A stretch of 64,000 nt of DNA from an uncultured Planctomycetia bacterium (GTDB lineage Bacteria > Omnitrophota > Gorgyraeia > Duberdicusellales > 4484-171): positions 135,020 to 199,019 of the forward strand of contig CAZWON010000001.1 in assembly GCA_964635565.1 (NCBI GenBank), in the 5' to 3' direction. The notes beneath the pieces are model-generated. The model made no database searches, had not been told where the DNA came from, and was given only the letters and a program-made list of their open reading frames with translations. This document shows, piece by piece, positions 38,710 through 47,711 of the stretch (positions are counted from its first letter, which is position 1; each line of letters opens with the position of its first letter). The translations under genes and the position numbers were made by a program.

Positions 38710-40056
38710 ATGTTAGAGAATAAGAGTATTCTTAACATCGAAAAACTTATTGGGGAAAAAAGATTCGCTGAGCTTAAAAATAACATTCCTGAACATCCTG
38801 AGGATATTGCTAATCTTATATCTACTATTCCCAAGCCCTCGATACGTATTTTTGTATTTAGAATGATTCCTACTGATAAAGCAGTGGAAGTATTTGAGTA
38901 TCTCCCTTTAGAAGAACAGGAAGAGATGATTAAGTCGTTGACTAGCAAAGAGATACAGAATATTTTGAATGAAATGTCTCCTGATGACAGAACTGAGCTT
39001 TTTGAAGAAATGCCTGCAGAATTAGTAAAACGCTGTTTAAACTTACTTTCTGTAGAAGAACGAAAAATTGCTTTGCAGATTCTTAATTATCCTGAGGATT
39101 CAGTGGGAAGACTTATTACGCCTGATTTTGTTCAGTTATATGAAGATATGACTGTAGAAAGTGCTTTAGAACATATTCGCAAAGTGGGACTTAAACAGGA
39201 AACAATATACCATTGCTATGTTTTAGATAGAGAAAAGCACCTTCAAGGCGTAGTGTCGTTAAAAAAAGTAGTGTTGGCTTCTCCCCAGACTAAAATAAAA
39301 CAATTGATGTTTAAAGATATAATAAAGGTTAATGCTTATACAGATAGAGAGGAAGCTGCTAATATATTTAAAAAATACGATTTGATTGCTCTCCCTGTCG
39401 TTGATAATAACAATAAATTGTTAGGAATCGTTACTTTTGATGATCTTGTTGATGTGTTAGAAGATGAAGCGACAGAGGATTTTGAAAAAATAGCTGCTGT
39501 TCTTCCTGTAGAAGAACCGTATATGGAAGCTAATTTTTTGAAAATCGTATGGAAACGGAGTTTTTGGTTAATTCTTTTAGCAGTTTTTGAGTCAATTTCA
39601 GGTTTTGTATTACAGCGCTATGGTGAGGCAATTCATCAATGGATTGCTCTTACCTTTTTTTTACCTGTATTAGTAGCAACAGGAGGTAATGCAGGTACAC
39701 AATCAGCTACTATTATTATAAGGAGTTTGGCTGTAGGAGATATAAACATCAAGGATTTTATCCGAGTAGTATTCAGGGAATCATTAATTGGTATTGCTAT
39801 GGGTGTAATTTTGGCAATAGTAGGGGTGGTAAGGGTATTTTTTCAACAGAGTAACTGGCTGTTGAGTATTTCTGTAGGAATTTCTATGGGAATCACTATA
39901 TTTTTAGCAGCAATTATAGGAGCAAGTCTTCCTCTTATATGCAGAAAAATAAATGTTGACCCTGCAGCAATGAGCGGACCTTTAATTACTACCCTCATTG
40001 ATGTAGGGGGGATTTTTCTTTATTTTGAAATAGCAAGATTAATTTTAGGAATATGA
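38710..40056 (+). CDS. mgtE: Magnesium transporter MgtE
   Basis: 448 aa; MgtE-N domain, CBS pair and C-terminal MgtE transmembrane domain. Confidence 0.88.
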   Translation: MLENKSILNIEKLIGEKRFAELKNNIPEHPEDIANLISTIPKPSIRIFVFRMIPTDKAVEVFEYLPLEEQEEMIKSLTSKEIQNILNEMSPDDRTELFEEMPAELVKRCLNLLSVEERKIALQILNYPEDSVGRLITPDFVQLYEDMTVESALEHIRKVGLKQETIYHCYVLDREKHLQGVVSLKKVVLASPQTKIKQLMFKDIIKVNAYTDREEAANIFKKYDLIALPVVDNNNKLLGIVTFDDLVDVLEDEATEDFEKIAAVLPVEEPYMEANFLKIVWKRSFWLILLAVFESISGFVLQRYGEAIHQWIALTFFLPVLVATGGNAGTQSATIIIRSLAVGDINIKDFIRVVFRESLIGIAMGVILAIVGVVRVFFQQSNWLLSISVGISMGITIFLAAIIGASLPLICRKINVDPAAMSGPLITTLIDVGGIFLYFEIARLILGI

Positions 40057-41099
40057 GAAAAATTTTAGTTATTATATTAACCGCAATCTTTATGGGAGGA
40101 TGTGTTACATTACCAAGAAAACTTCCCGAATCAGAAGAAGCTTTTCCTTCTTATGTGGAGCTGGCTAATTTCTGCAAAAAACATAAGCTTATATATAATT
40201 TTAATACATTAGATGATGTTATTTATCTTTCTTCTTCTGATATTGAAGCACGGCTTCTTATTGACTCATTATATTTTTTATGTAATGGGAAATTGTTTTT
40301 TCTTAAGAAATCACCTCTTTATATTAAAGGGAATATTTTTCTTCCTGTAGAGATTGAAAGAATTATAACTTTAAATCCTCCTGTGTTTAGAAAGAAAATA
40401 AAGCCTATTTCTATAAAAACTATTGTTATCGATGCTGGCCATGGAGGAAAAGATCCAGGAGCTATATCTCGAAAAGGTCTTAAGGAAAAATATGTAACTC
40501 TTAAAATAGCTCGTCTCTTAAAAAAAGAGCTTCAAGCAATGGGGTTTAAGGTATATCTTACACGCAGTAAAGATATATACCTTACTTTAAAACAGCGTGT
40601 TCAGTTGGCAAAAATATACAACGCAGATTTATTTATTAGTGTCCATGCTAACTCTAATCGCTCACGTAAAGTAAGGGGAGTTGAGGTGTATTATCTCTCC
40701 GAGAATTATTTTGATAGTGAATCAAAAGCATTAGTAATGGCAGAAAATGCTCCCTTGTATTCTAAGAAAGGCGAGTTTTCTAAAGATACACAGAGAATAT
40801 TATGGGATCTTATGTGTAATGAACATAATAAAGAATCTTTAGATTTTGCTAATACTATTGTTTATACCTTAAGAAAAATGGGATTTAAGGTTCGGTCTCC
40901 TCGTGGTGCCCCTTTTTATGTTTTAAAATATGCTTATGTTCCAAGTGTTCTTGTAGAGGTTGGCTATCTTAGCAACCCTTATGAAGAGAGATTGTTGAGA
41001 AAATCTTATTATCAGAAACAAATTGTTCACGGGATTGCTTTAAGTGTTGATTTACTTAACAGAAGATACTCTAAACTGACTAATTTAGCCCATAAATGA
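40053..41099 (+). CDS. N-acetylmuramoyl-L-alanine amidase (Amidase_3 family), lipoprotein
   Basis: 348 aa; lipobox FMGGC; Amidase_3 motifs IDAGHGGKDPGA and ISVHANS. Confidence 0.82.
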   Translation: MRKILVIILTAIFMGGCVTLPRKLPESEEAFPSYVELANFCKKHKLIYNFNTLDDVIYLSSSDIEARLLIDSLYFLCNGKLFFLKKSPLYIKGNIFLPVEIERIITLNPPVFRKKIKPISIKTIVIDAGHGGKDPGAISRKGLKEKYVTLKIARLLKKELQAMGFKVYLTRSKDIYLTLKQRVQLAKIYNADLFISVHANSNRSRKVRGVEVYYLSENYFDSESKALVMAENAPLYSKKGEFSKDTQRILWDLMCNEHNKESLDFANTIVYTLRKMGFKVRSPRGAPFYVLKYAYVPSVLVEVGYLSNPYEERLLRKSYYQKQIVHGIALSVDLLNRRYSKLTNLAHK

Positions 41100-41899
41100 T
41101 GAGAATAGATTATAGACCTATCGGGATATTTGATTCCGGCGTTGGTGGACTTACAGTTTTAAAGGAGGTAGAGAAAATTCTTCCTTATGAGAATATAATC
41201 TATTTTGGTGATACAGCAAGGGTTCCTTATGGGGGAAAGTCTAAAAGTACAATTATTCGTTTTACTACAGAAAGTGTTCTTTTTCTTCTAAAGAAAAAAG
41301 TAAAATTAGTGGTGATAGCATGTAATACTTCTTCCAGTTTAGCTTTAGATTATCTTAAAAGCATCTTTACTGTTCCTATATTAGGAGTAATTGATCCCGC
41401 AGTAAAGAAAGCCGTAGCCGTGTCGAAAAAAAAAGAGAAAAAAATAGGAGTCATTGGTACAAAATCTACTGTTGCTAGCAGGTTATACCAGAAGAAAATT
41501 ACCCTTTTAGACAAAGCTATTAAGGTCTATGCAAAAGCTTGTCCTTTATTTGTTCCTTTGGTAGAGGAGGGATTATTAAAAGGTGACATTGTCAATAAAA
41601 TTGTCCATCTGTATTTAAAAGATTTAAAAGGGAAAATAGATACCTTAGTATTAGGATGTACACATTACCCCTTGCTTAAAGATTCCATAGGTAAATATTT
41701 AAGAAATGTCTATATGGTGGATTCAGCTTCGGAAGTGGCAAAAAAGGTGAAGGAAATATTAATAGAAAACAATATTTTTAATAAAAAGAAGACTAATTTT
41801 AAAAGATTTTATGTGACAGATGAACCTAAGGAATTTATGAAAATAGCAAGAATATTTTTGAATAATAACTTCGAGAAGCCAAAGTTAATAAATGTTTGA
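41096..41899 (+). CDS. murI: Glutamate racemase
   Basis: 267 aa; IGIFDSGVGGLTV and VIACNTSS motifs with the two catalytic Cys regions. Confidence 0.88.
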   Translation: MMRIDYRPIGIFDSGVGGLTVLKEVEKILPYENIIYFGDTARVPYGGKSKSTIIRFTTESVLFLLKKKVKLVVIACNTSSSLALDYLKSIFTVPILGVIDPAVKKAVAVSKKKEKKIGVIGTKSTVASRLYQKKITLLDKAIKVYAKACPLFVPLVEEGLLKGDIVNKIVHLYLKDLKGKIDTLVLGCTHYPLLKDSIGKYLRNVYMVDSASEVAKKVKEILIENNIFNKKKTNFKRFYVTDEPKEFMKIARIFLNNNFEKPKLINV

Positions 41900-42284
41900 A
41901 GTAAAAGTTATAACCCATTTTTCTGCTGCTCATTATTTAAAAGAGTATAAAGGCAAATGCGAAGAACTACATGGGCATAACTGGAAGGTTGAGGTTACAG
42001 TAGAGGCAAAAAAATTAGACAAGAAAGGTATGGTTATTGATTTTAAGGAGTTAAGAAGAATATTGAATGAGGTTGTTATGTATATGGATCACAAATTCTT
42101 GAATGAAATTCCTCCTTTCTTAAAATACAATACTACTTCAGAAGTTATTGCTCAGTATATATTCAAAGAATTTAAAAAGAAATTAATTAAGTATCTGAAG
42201 ATAAAAAGAACCAAAGCGATTCGGGTAAAAGAAGTATCGGTGTGGGAGCAAGGTGACTCATGCGCTATATATCGAGAAGCTTAA
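41892..42284 (+). CDS. queD: 6-carboxy-5,6,7,8-tetrahydropterin synthase
   Basis: 130 aa; CEELHGHNWKVEV zinc/catalytic motif of the QueD/PTPS family. Confidence 0.85.
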   Translation: MFEVKVITHFSAAHYLKEYKGKCEELHGHNWKVEVTVEAKKLDKKGMVIDFKELRRILNEVVMYMDHKFLNEIPPFLKYNTTSEVIAQYIFKEFKKKLIKYLKIKRTKAIRVKEVSVWEQGDSCAIYREA

Positions 42285-42934
42285 AAGCAGTAATTTTACT
42301 TTCTGGAGGGATAGATTCTACAACAACGTTATATCTGGCGAAAAAATACGGATATAAATTAAGTGCACTTATTTTTGATTATAACCAGCGTCATAGAAAA
42401 GAGATTTTTTCTGCAGTAAAGATAGCCCGTCTTAATAATATAGTTTATCATATAGTAAAGGTTCATCTTCCTTGGACTGTTTCTGCACTTACACAGAAAA
42501 ATATAAAAGTACCTTTTAAGAGGAATCTTTATAGTAAAAACATACCCCTTACTTATGTTTCAGGACGTAACATAATTTTTTTAAGTTATGCTGCTTCTTT
42601 TGCTGAGAGCACAGGAGCAAAGAAAATTTTTATTGGAGCGCATACAGAAGATTATTCAGGTTATCCTGACTGTAAACCTCAGTTCTTTAGTGCAATAGAA
42701 AGAGCAATAAACTTAGGAATTTCCAAAAAAGGCATTGAGATTATAGCGCCTCTTATAGATAAATCAAAAAAGAGTATTATAAAGTTAGGATATAAATTGG
42801 GTGTACCTTTTGAATATACATGGTCTTGCTATATGGGGGGTCGTTTTCCTTGTAGAAAGTGTGATAGTTGCCGTTTTAGGATAAAAGCTTTTGAAAGTAT
42901 AGGATTAGAGGATCCTTTGCTTAGAAGGAAATGA
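42260..42934 (+). CDS. queC: 7-cyano-7-deazaguanine synthase
   Basis: 224 aa; PP-loop LLSGGIDSTT; C-terminal Cys zinc cluster. Confidence 0.9.
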   Translation: MRYISRSLKAVILLSGGIDSTTTLYLAKKYGYKLSALIFDYNQRHRKEIFSAVKIARLNNIVYHIVKVHLPWTVSALTQKNIKVPFKRNLYSKNIPLTYVSGRNIIFLSYAASFAESTGAKKIFIGAHTEDYSGYPDCKPQFFSAIERAINLGISKKGIEIIAPLIDKSKKSIIKLGYKLGVPFEYTWSCYMGGRFPCRKCDSCRFRIKAFESIGLEDPLLRRK

Positions 42935-43602
42935 GAGCAAAAATATCAGAAATATTTAAAAGTATTCAAGGAGAGGGAATATATTTTGGCAGAGAACAGG
43001 TATTTGTGCGGTTTTTTGGTTGCAATCTTAACTGTTCATTTTGTGATACAAAGTTTTTTCATTTTAAAGATATAGAATTGGAAGATGTATTAAGGGAAAT
43101 AAATAACTATAAAATGATTTCTTCTATTGCTATAACAGGTGGAGAACCTCTTATTCAAAAGGATTTCTTAAAGGAGTTTTTCCCTTTATTGAAAAATGAA
43201 AATAAGGAAGTTTATCTTGAAACAAATGGAGTGTTGCCTGAAGTTTTAAAAGAAAAGGAAATAATCAATAATGTAGATATAATTTCTATGGATATCAAAC
43301 TACCTTCATCTACTCGCCAAAAAAGTTATTATACAGAGCATAAAGAATTTCTTAGTTTAGCGGTGAAAAAGAATGTTTTTGTAAAGACAGTTATTACCCT
43401 TGATACCTCGTTAGATGATTTTGTTTCTGCATTAAGATTAGTGAAAAGTTTTGATTGCAACATCCCTTTTGTAATTCAACCAGCTTATCAATATCAATCG
43501 ATGTTGGAGAATAAACTTATTTATTTTTATGGAATTGCTACTGATTATCTAAAAGATGTTAGAGTATTGCCCCAGATGCATAAAATATTAGGTATAAAAT
43601 AG
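42931..43602 (+). CDS. queE: 7-carboxy-7-deazaguanine synthase (radical SAM)
   Basis: 223 aa; CNLNCSFCDT radical-SAM motif close to the N-terminus as in QueE. Confidence 0.85.
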   Translation: MRAKISEIFKSIQGEGIYFGREQVFVRFFGCNLNCSFCDTKFFHFKDIELEDVLREINNYKMISSIAITGGEPLIQKDFLKEFFPLLKNENKEVYLETNGVLPEVLKEKEIINNVDIISMDIKLPSSTRQKSYYTEHKEFLSLAVKKNVFVKTVITLDTSLDDFVSALRLVKSFDCNIPFVIQPAYQYQSMLENKLIYFYGIATDYLKDVRVLPQMHKILGIK

Positions 43603-44448
43603 ATGAAAAAGGTAGATTTAGAAAGAGTTGCTTATTGTCTGGCTGTAAAGGCAAATGTTAATTTGCGTAAAGATTGTCTTTATCTTCTTAAGAAAGCTTA
43701 CCTTCAGGAGAAAAAACCACAGCCCAAAGAGGCTTTAAAAATCATTCTTGATAACGCCTATATTGCTTTCCAGAAGAAAATCCCTCTTTGTCAAGACACA
43801 GGCCTTCCTTTAGTGTTTGTTAGAGTCCCTAAAAATATGCAATGGAACAATACGTATATAGAGAAGATAAATAAAGGCATAAAAAATGCTTATAGTAGAA
43901 ATTGTTTCCGTTCTTCCAGTATATATCCTTTTTCTAATAAGAGTATGTTTAATCCTAAAATTATCCATGTAGAATTTACTAAGAATAGAACATTCTCTCT
44001 TATTGTTTTTCCTAAAGGCTTTGGCTCTGAGAATAAATCAACTCTTAGGATGTTTAATCCTACCGTTTCAACAAGGAAAATTTTTGATTTTATTGTAGAT
44101 TCTGTTAAAAAGGCAGGGCCAGAAGCTTGTCCTCCTTTTTTTATAGGGATTGGTATAGGGGGTACTTCTGATTATGCTCTTTTTCTTGCTAAAGAGGCAT
44201 TGCTGGAAAGAATGGATAGGCCCAATCGTAATAAATTGCTTAACTTATGGGAAGAAGAACTTTTAAAAAGAATTAATGAAATTGGTATTGGACCAATGGG
44301 ATTAGGGGGAAAGTTTACTGCTCTGGCTGTAAAAATAAAAATGTTTACTACTCACATTGCGGGTTTACCTATAGGGGTGAATATAAGTTGCCATGCTTTA
44401 AGGAGCGCATCATTTTCCGTAAATATAGAGAAAATTAAAGTGGTATGA
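43603..44448 (+). CDS. Fumarate hydratase class I, alpha (N-terminal catalytic) subunit, Fe-S type
   Basis: 281 aa; CQDTG signature of class I fumarase / tartrate dehydratase alpha subunits. Confidence 0.82.
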   Translation: MKKVDLERVAYCLAVKANVNLRKDCLYLLKKAYLQEKKPQPKEALKIILDNAYIAFQKKIPLCQDTGLPLVFVRVPKNMQWNNTYIEKINKGIKNAYSRNCFRSSSIYPFSNKSMFNPKIIHVEFTKNRTFSLIVFPKGFGSENKSTLRMFNPTVSTRKIFDFIVDSVKKAGPEACPPFFIGIGIGGTSDYALFLAKEALLERMDRPNRNKLLNLWEEELLKRINEIGIGPMGLGGKFTALAVKIKMFTTHIAGLPIGVNISCHALRSASFSVNIEKIKVV

Positions 44449-44975
44449 AAAAATCAATAAAATTAAATACTCCTTTAACTTATAAAGAAATTAAAAAGCT
44501 AAGGGTTTTTGATAGAGTAGAGCTTACAGGTTCTATCTATACTGCCCGGGATAGAATCCATAAGGAACTAATTAAATTAATAAGTAAAAAGAAAAATCTT
44601 CCTCTTAGCCCTCAAGAAGCAATTATTTATTACTGTGGCCCTACTTTTTGCAAAAAGACAGTTACTTCTTGTGGTCCCACTACATCCCTACGAATGGATG
44701 AGTTTATAGAGCCTCTTATTAAGATTGGTTTTAAAATAACTATTGGTAAAGGAAGAAGATCGCCCAATGTAAGAAGACTTATAAAGAAATATAAAGGAAT
44801 TTATTTTGTAACATATGGAGGATGCTCTGCTTATCTTTCCCAATTCATAAAAGAATACAGAACAGTAGCCTTTCCTCAGTTTGGACCAGAAGCAATTTAT
44901 GAATTCAAAGTTAAAGGTTTTCCTTTAATTGTAGCCATTGATTCTTACGGCAAAGATATCTATTCTTATCTTTAA
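44445..44975 (+). CDS. Fumarate hydratase class I, beta (C-terminal) subunit
   Basis: 176 aa; class I fumarase beta-type sequence (GSIYTARD...); translationally coupled to the alpha subunit. Confidence 0.82.
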   Translation: MKKSIKLNTPLTYKEIKKLRVFDRVELTGSIYTARDRIHKELIKLISKKKNLPLSPQEAIIYYCGPTFCKKTVTSCGPTTSLRMDEFIEPLIKIGFKITIGKGRRSPNVRRLIKKYKGIYFVTYGGCSAYLSQFIKEYRTVAFPQFGPEAIYEFKVKGFPLIVAIDSYGKDIYSYL

Positions 44976-45121
44976 TATTAGAAAGTAACACTATGGGATA
45001 AAAATTTTATTTTGTGTATCTAAAGGGCGCTTTTTAAAATTGCTATATAGGAAGATTTCTACTCTTATTTGTTCTATAAAAACTTTACAGAACTAAAGAA
45101 CTGTGAGCCATAAGCCACAAG

Positions 45122-45149
45122 TTAAGAGCTATGGAGGAAGCGGTATAAT
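45122..45149 (+). promoter_or_regulatory. Candidate sigma70-type promoter for the small-membrane-protein / MbfA-like gene pair
   Basis: TTAAGA (45122-45127), 16-nt spacer, perfect TATAAT (45144-45149); about 45 nt upstream of the AGGAGGAGG-ATG at 45196. Confidence 0.3.
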
Positions 45150-45195
45150 TTTTGGAGACAGAAGCGTTAATATGTTAACTTAGGAGGAGGTAGAA

Positions 45196-45435
45196 ATGTT
45201 AGAATGGGGAATGTTTTTTGTTTTTCAGGTAGTAATTATCCTTACGGTAAGCTTCTTTATTCTTTTAGGAGTAACTCACACAGAGTCAAAAGGACTACGC
45301 GTGTTTGGTAGAATGCTTGCTTTTACTCTTTGGATATTAGTTATCTATCTTGTTACAACTTCTTTTTATAGCCAATACTTATGTAATAAATACCTTCATA
45401 AAGCCAGTTATAGGTGTTATCATCGTATAAGATAG
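45196..45435 (+). CDS. Small membrane protein, two predicted TM helices, unknown function
   Basis: 79 aa; strong RBS AGGAGGAGG; two hydrophobic helices; first gene after a candidate promoter. Confidence 0.45.
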   Translation: MLEWGMFFVFQVVIILTVSFFILLGVTHTESKGLRVFGRMLAFTLWILVIYLVTTSFYSQYLCNKYLHKASYRCYHRIR

Positions 45436-45481
45436 TATAAAATATAGGTATCTTTAAGTTAAGAAAAAGTAGTTATAGAAA

Positions 45482-46348
45482 GTGTTGGAGCATTTTAAAA
45501 GAGATACTTTAAGGGCCCAGAAGAGTGAGATTGCTGAATACTGGATATACCGGAAACTTTCTTCAGTAATAAAAAATGAACATAACCGTCGCCTCTTACA
45601 GGAAATCTCTGAGGATGAAAAGAAACATTATGAGTTCTGGAGAAAGGTGACCGATATTTCTCTTAAACCTTCTTATCTTAAAGTTTGGTATTATGTTTTA
45701 GTATCTCATCTTTTTGGTCTTACTTTTGGAATAAAGCTAATGGAAAGAGGGGAGGATTTAGCTCAAGATACTTATAAGAAGTTGAAGGATGTTTATTTTC
45801 CTGTCGAGGCTCTTATAGAGGACGAACAGCACCATGAGAATGAACTCATTGCCCTTATAGATGAAGAGCGTCTTAAATATGTAAGTTCTATAGTCTTAGG
45901 TCTTAATGATGCTCTGGTAGAGCTTACAGGGGCACTTGTAGGGTTAACTTTAGCCTTACAAGATACTCGTCTTGTGGGTATTGTAGGATTAATTACAGGC
46001 ATTGCTGCATCATTGTCTATGTCTGCTTCAGAATATTTATCTACAAAACAAGAAGATACTAAAAAATTTCCTCTGAAGGCAAGTTTTTATACTGGTTTAG
46101 CTTACATTATAACTGTGTTTTTTCTTATTACCCCTTATTTTATTTTTAAAAATATATTTTTGTGTATGGGCCTTGTCCTTTTTATGGCAGTGCTTGTGAT
46201 TTTTATTTTTACTTATTATATTTCAATAGCAAAATCCCTTTCTTTTAAAAAATGGTTTCTTGAAATGGCAGGTATAAGTTTAGGCATTGCTGTAATTAAT
46301 TTCTTTATTGGTCTGATTATAAGAAGTGTATTTAGTGTGGAAACATAA
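45482..46348 (+). CDS. Membrane-bound ferritin-like protein (erythrin domain fused to VIT1/CCC1 iron-transporter domain), MbfA-like
   Basis: 288 aa; GTG start; two E-x-x-H diiron motifs (EDEKKHYEFW, EDEQHHENEL) followed by a VIT1-family transmembrane domain. Confidence 0.75.
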   Translation: MLEHFKRDTLRAQKSEIAEYWIYRKLSSVIKNEHNRRLLQEISEDEKKHYEFWRKVTDISLKPSYLKVWYYVLVSHLFGLTFGIKLMERGEDLAQDTYKKLKDVYFPVEALIEDEQHHENELIALIDEERLKYVSSIVLGLNDALVELTGALVGLTLALQDTRLVGIVGLITGIAASLSMSASEYLSTKQEDTKKFPLKASFYTGLAYIITVFFLITPYFIFKNIFLCMGLVLFMAVLVIFIFTYYISIAKSLSFKKWFLEMAGISLGIAVINFFIGLIIRSVFSVET

Positions 46349-46406
46349 TCTAGTATTATAAGAATGAGTTAATTTTTTAAATATTAAGCAAAGAAAGGAG
46401 GCAGTT

Positions 46407-46733
46407 ATGGCAGAGAAAACATCTTTAGGAATACCAGAAAACATTGAGGCTTTATTGTGTTATGTTTTGGGATGGATAACAGGACTTATTTTTATTCTTA
46501 TTGAAAAAGAAAACAAGTTTGTTCGTTTCCATGCTTTTCAGTCTCTAATCACATTCCTTTCTTTTATGGTTATTATGTTTATTTTTATGTTTATACCTCT
46601 TTTGGGTTGGATTATGATTATTTTTTTATATATTGGCGCTTTTTTCTTTTGGGTAATAGGAATGGTTAAGGCATATCAGAAAGAAAAATTTAAATTTCCT
46701 CTTGTTGGTGATATAGTAGAAAAATACATCTAA
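46407..46733 (+). CDS. DUF4870-like small membrane protein
   Basis: 108 aa; strong RBS AAGGAGG; central HAFQSL motif and two to three TM helices. Confidence 0.55.
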   Translation: MAEKTSLGIPENIEALLCYVLGWITGLIFILIEKENKFVRFHAFQSLITFLSFMVIMFIFMFIPLLGWIMIIFLYIGAFFFWVIGMVKAYQKEKFKFPLVGDIVEKYI

Positions 46734-46741
46734 TTAGCATT

Positions 46742-47599
46742 CTATTTAAAAAAAGAAGAGCCATCGCAGATATGCGTATTTAGCTTTTCTAATCCTTCCC
46801 GGCAGGAAGAAAAAGCTAGTTTAAAAGAAGAAGCCTCCTCTTTTACTGCAAGGATAAGTTTTTCTCTAATTTCTTTAGGCAAATAAATATACCTACCTTT
46901 TTTTTCGCCCTTTTTAAGATAAAGATTTTGCCATAAGCTTTTATGTTTGCTGAAAGCACTCATCATTCTTTTTAAATTATCAGGCTTTGCTTTATAAGTA
47001 GAAGTGATTATTTGTCTTATGCCATTATTTCTTAATTCTCTTATTATATCTTTAATATTCTGAGTATTTAGAGGGTAGATTAAAGGGTCAAAACGGCATA
47101 CTACTGTGAATTTTTTTGCCAGTTTTTCTATAGCCTTAAGTCTTCTTTTAGGGGAAGGGGCTTTTGGTTCAAGTTTTTTTGCCAAAGTCTTATTAAGGGT
47201 AGTAATTGTAAAGCTGATAATAACATTTTTTATCTCTTTTAAAATATCAATATCGCTTATTATAAAGTCAGATTTTGTTACTAACATAATCTTGACATTG
47301 TAATCTTTTAATATTTTTAGAGTATGCCGTGTAAGTCTTAAGTTTTTTTCTAAAGGTAAATAAGGGTCTGAAGAACTTGCTATTGTAATATAACTGTTTT
47401 GAGGCAATTGTTTTATTTCCTGTTTTAATCTTATGATAAAGTTCTTTTTGGGTCGAGAATTAAAAAAATTAAGGATATATGAAGAGGCATAGCAATAAAG
47501 ACAATTATGTCCACAGCCTGTATAAGGAGATAAACTATATTTTGGAGGACAGGTGCACAGTTTACTCTGCCAAGGGTCAAAAGGAGTAAATATGTTCAT
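46742..47599 (-). CDS. Radical SAM protein of the SplB / DNA repair photolyase-like family (COG1533-like)
   Basis: 285 aa; N-terminal PYTGCGHNCLYCYA (C-x3-C-x2-C) as in spore-photoproduct-lyase-like proteins. Confidence 0.7.
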   Translation of the reverse strand: MNIFTPFDPWQSKLCTCPPKYSLSPYTGCGHNCLYCYASSYILNFFNSRPKKNFIIRLKQEIKQLPQNSYITIASSSDPYLPLEKNLRLTRHTLKILKDYNVKIMLVTKSDFIISDIDILKEIKNVIISFTITTLNKTLAKKLEPKAPSPKRRLKAIEKLAKKFTVVCRFDPLIYPLNTQNIKDIIRELRNNGIRQIITSTYKAKPDNLKRMMSAFSKHKSLWQNLYLKKGEKKGRYIYLPKEIREKLILAVKEEASSFKLAFSSCREGLEKLNTHICDGSSFFK

Positions 47600-47673
47600 A
47601 AAACCATTTTATGATTATAAAAAGCTAACTTCAACATTTTTTTAATAATGAATAAAAATAATAGTTAAATTTC

Positions 47674-47702
47674 TTGACACAAATTTTTCTTTATGTTATT
47701 TT
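47674..47702 (+). promoter_or_regulatory. Candidate promoter giving a leaderless transcript for the TPR protein gene
   Basis: Perfect TTGACA (47674-47679), 17-nt spacer, TGtTATTTT extended -10 (47694-47702). The ATG at 47712 lies ~7-10 nt downstream of the -10, with no SD. Confidence 0.35.
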
Positions 47703-47711
47703 AAATTTAAA

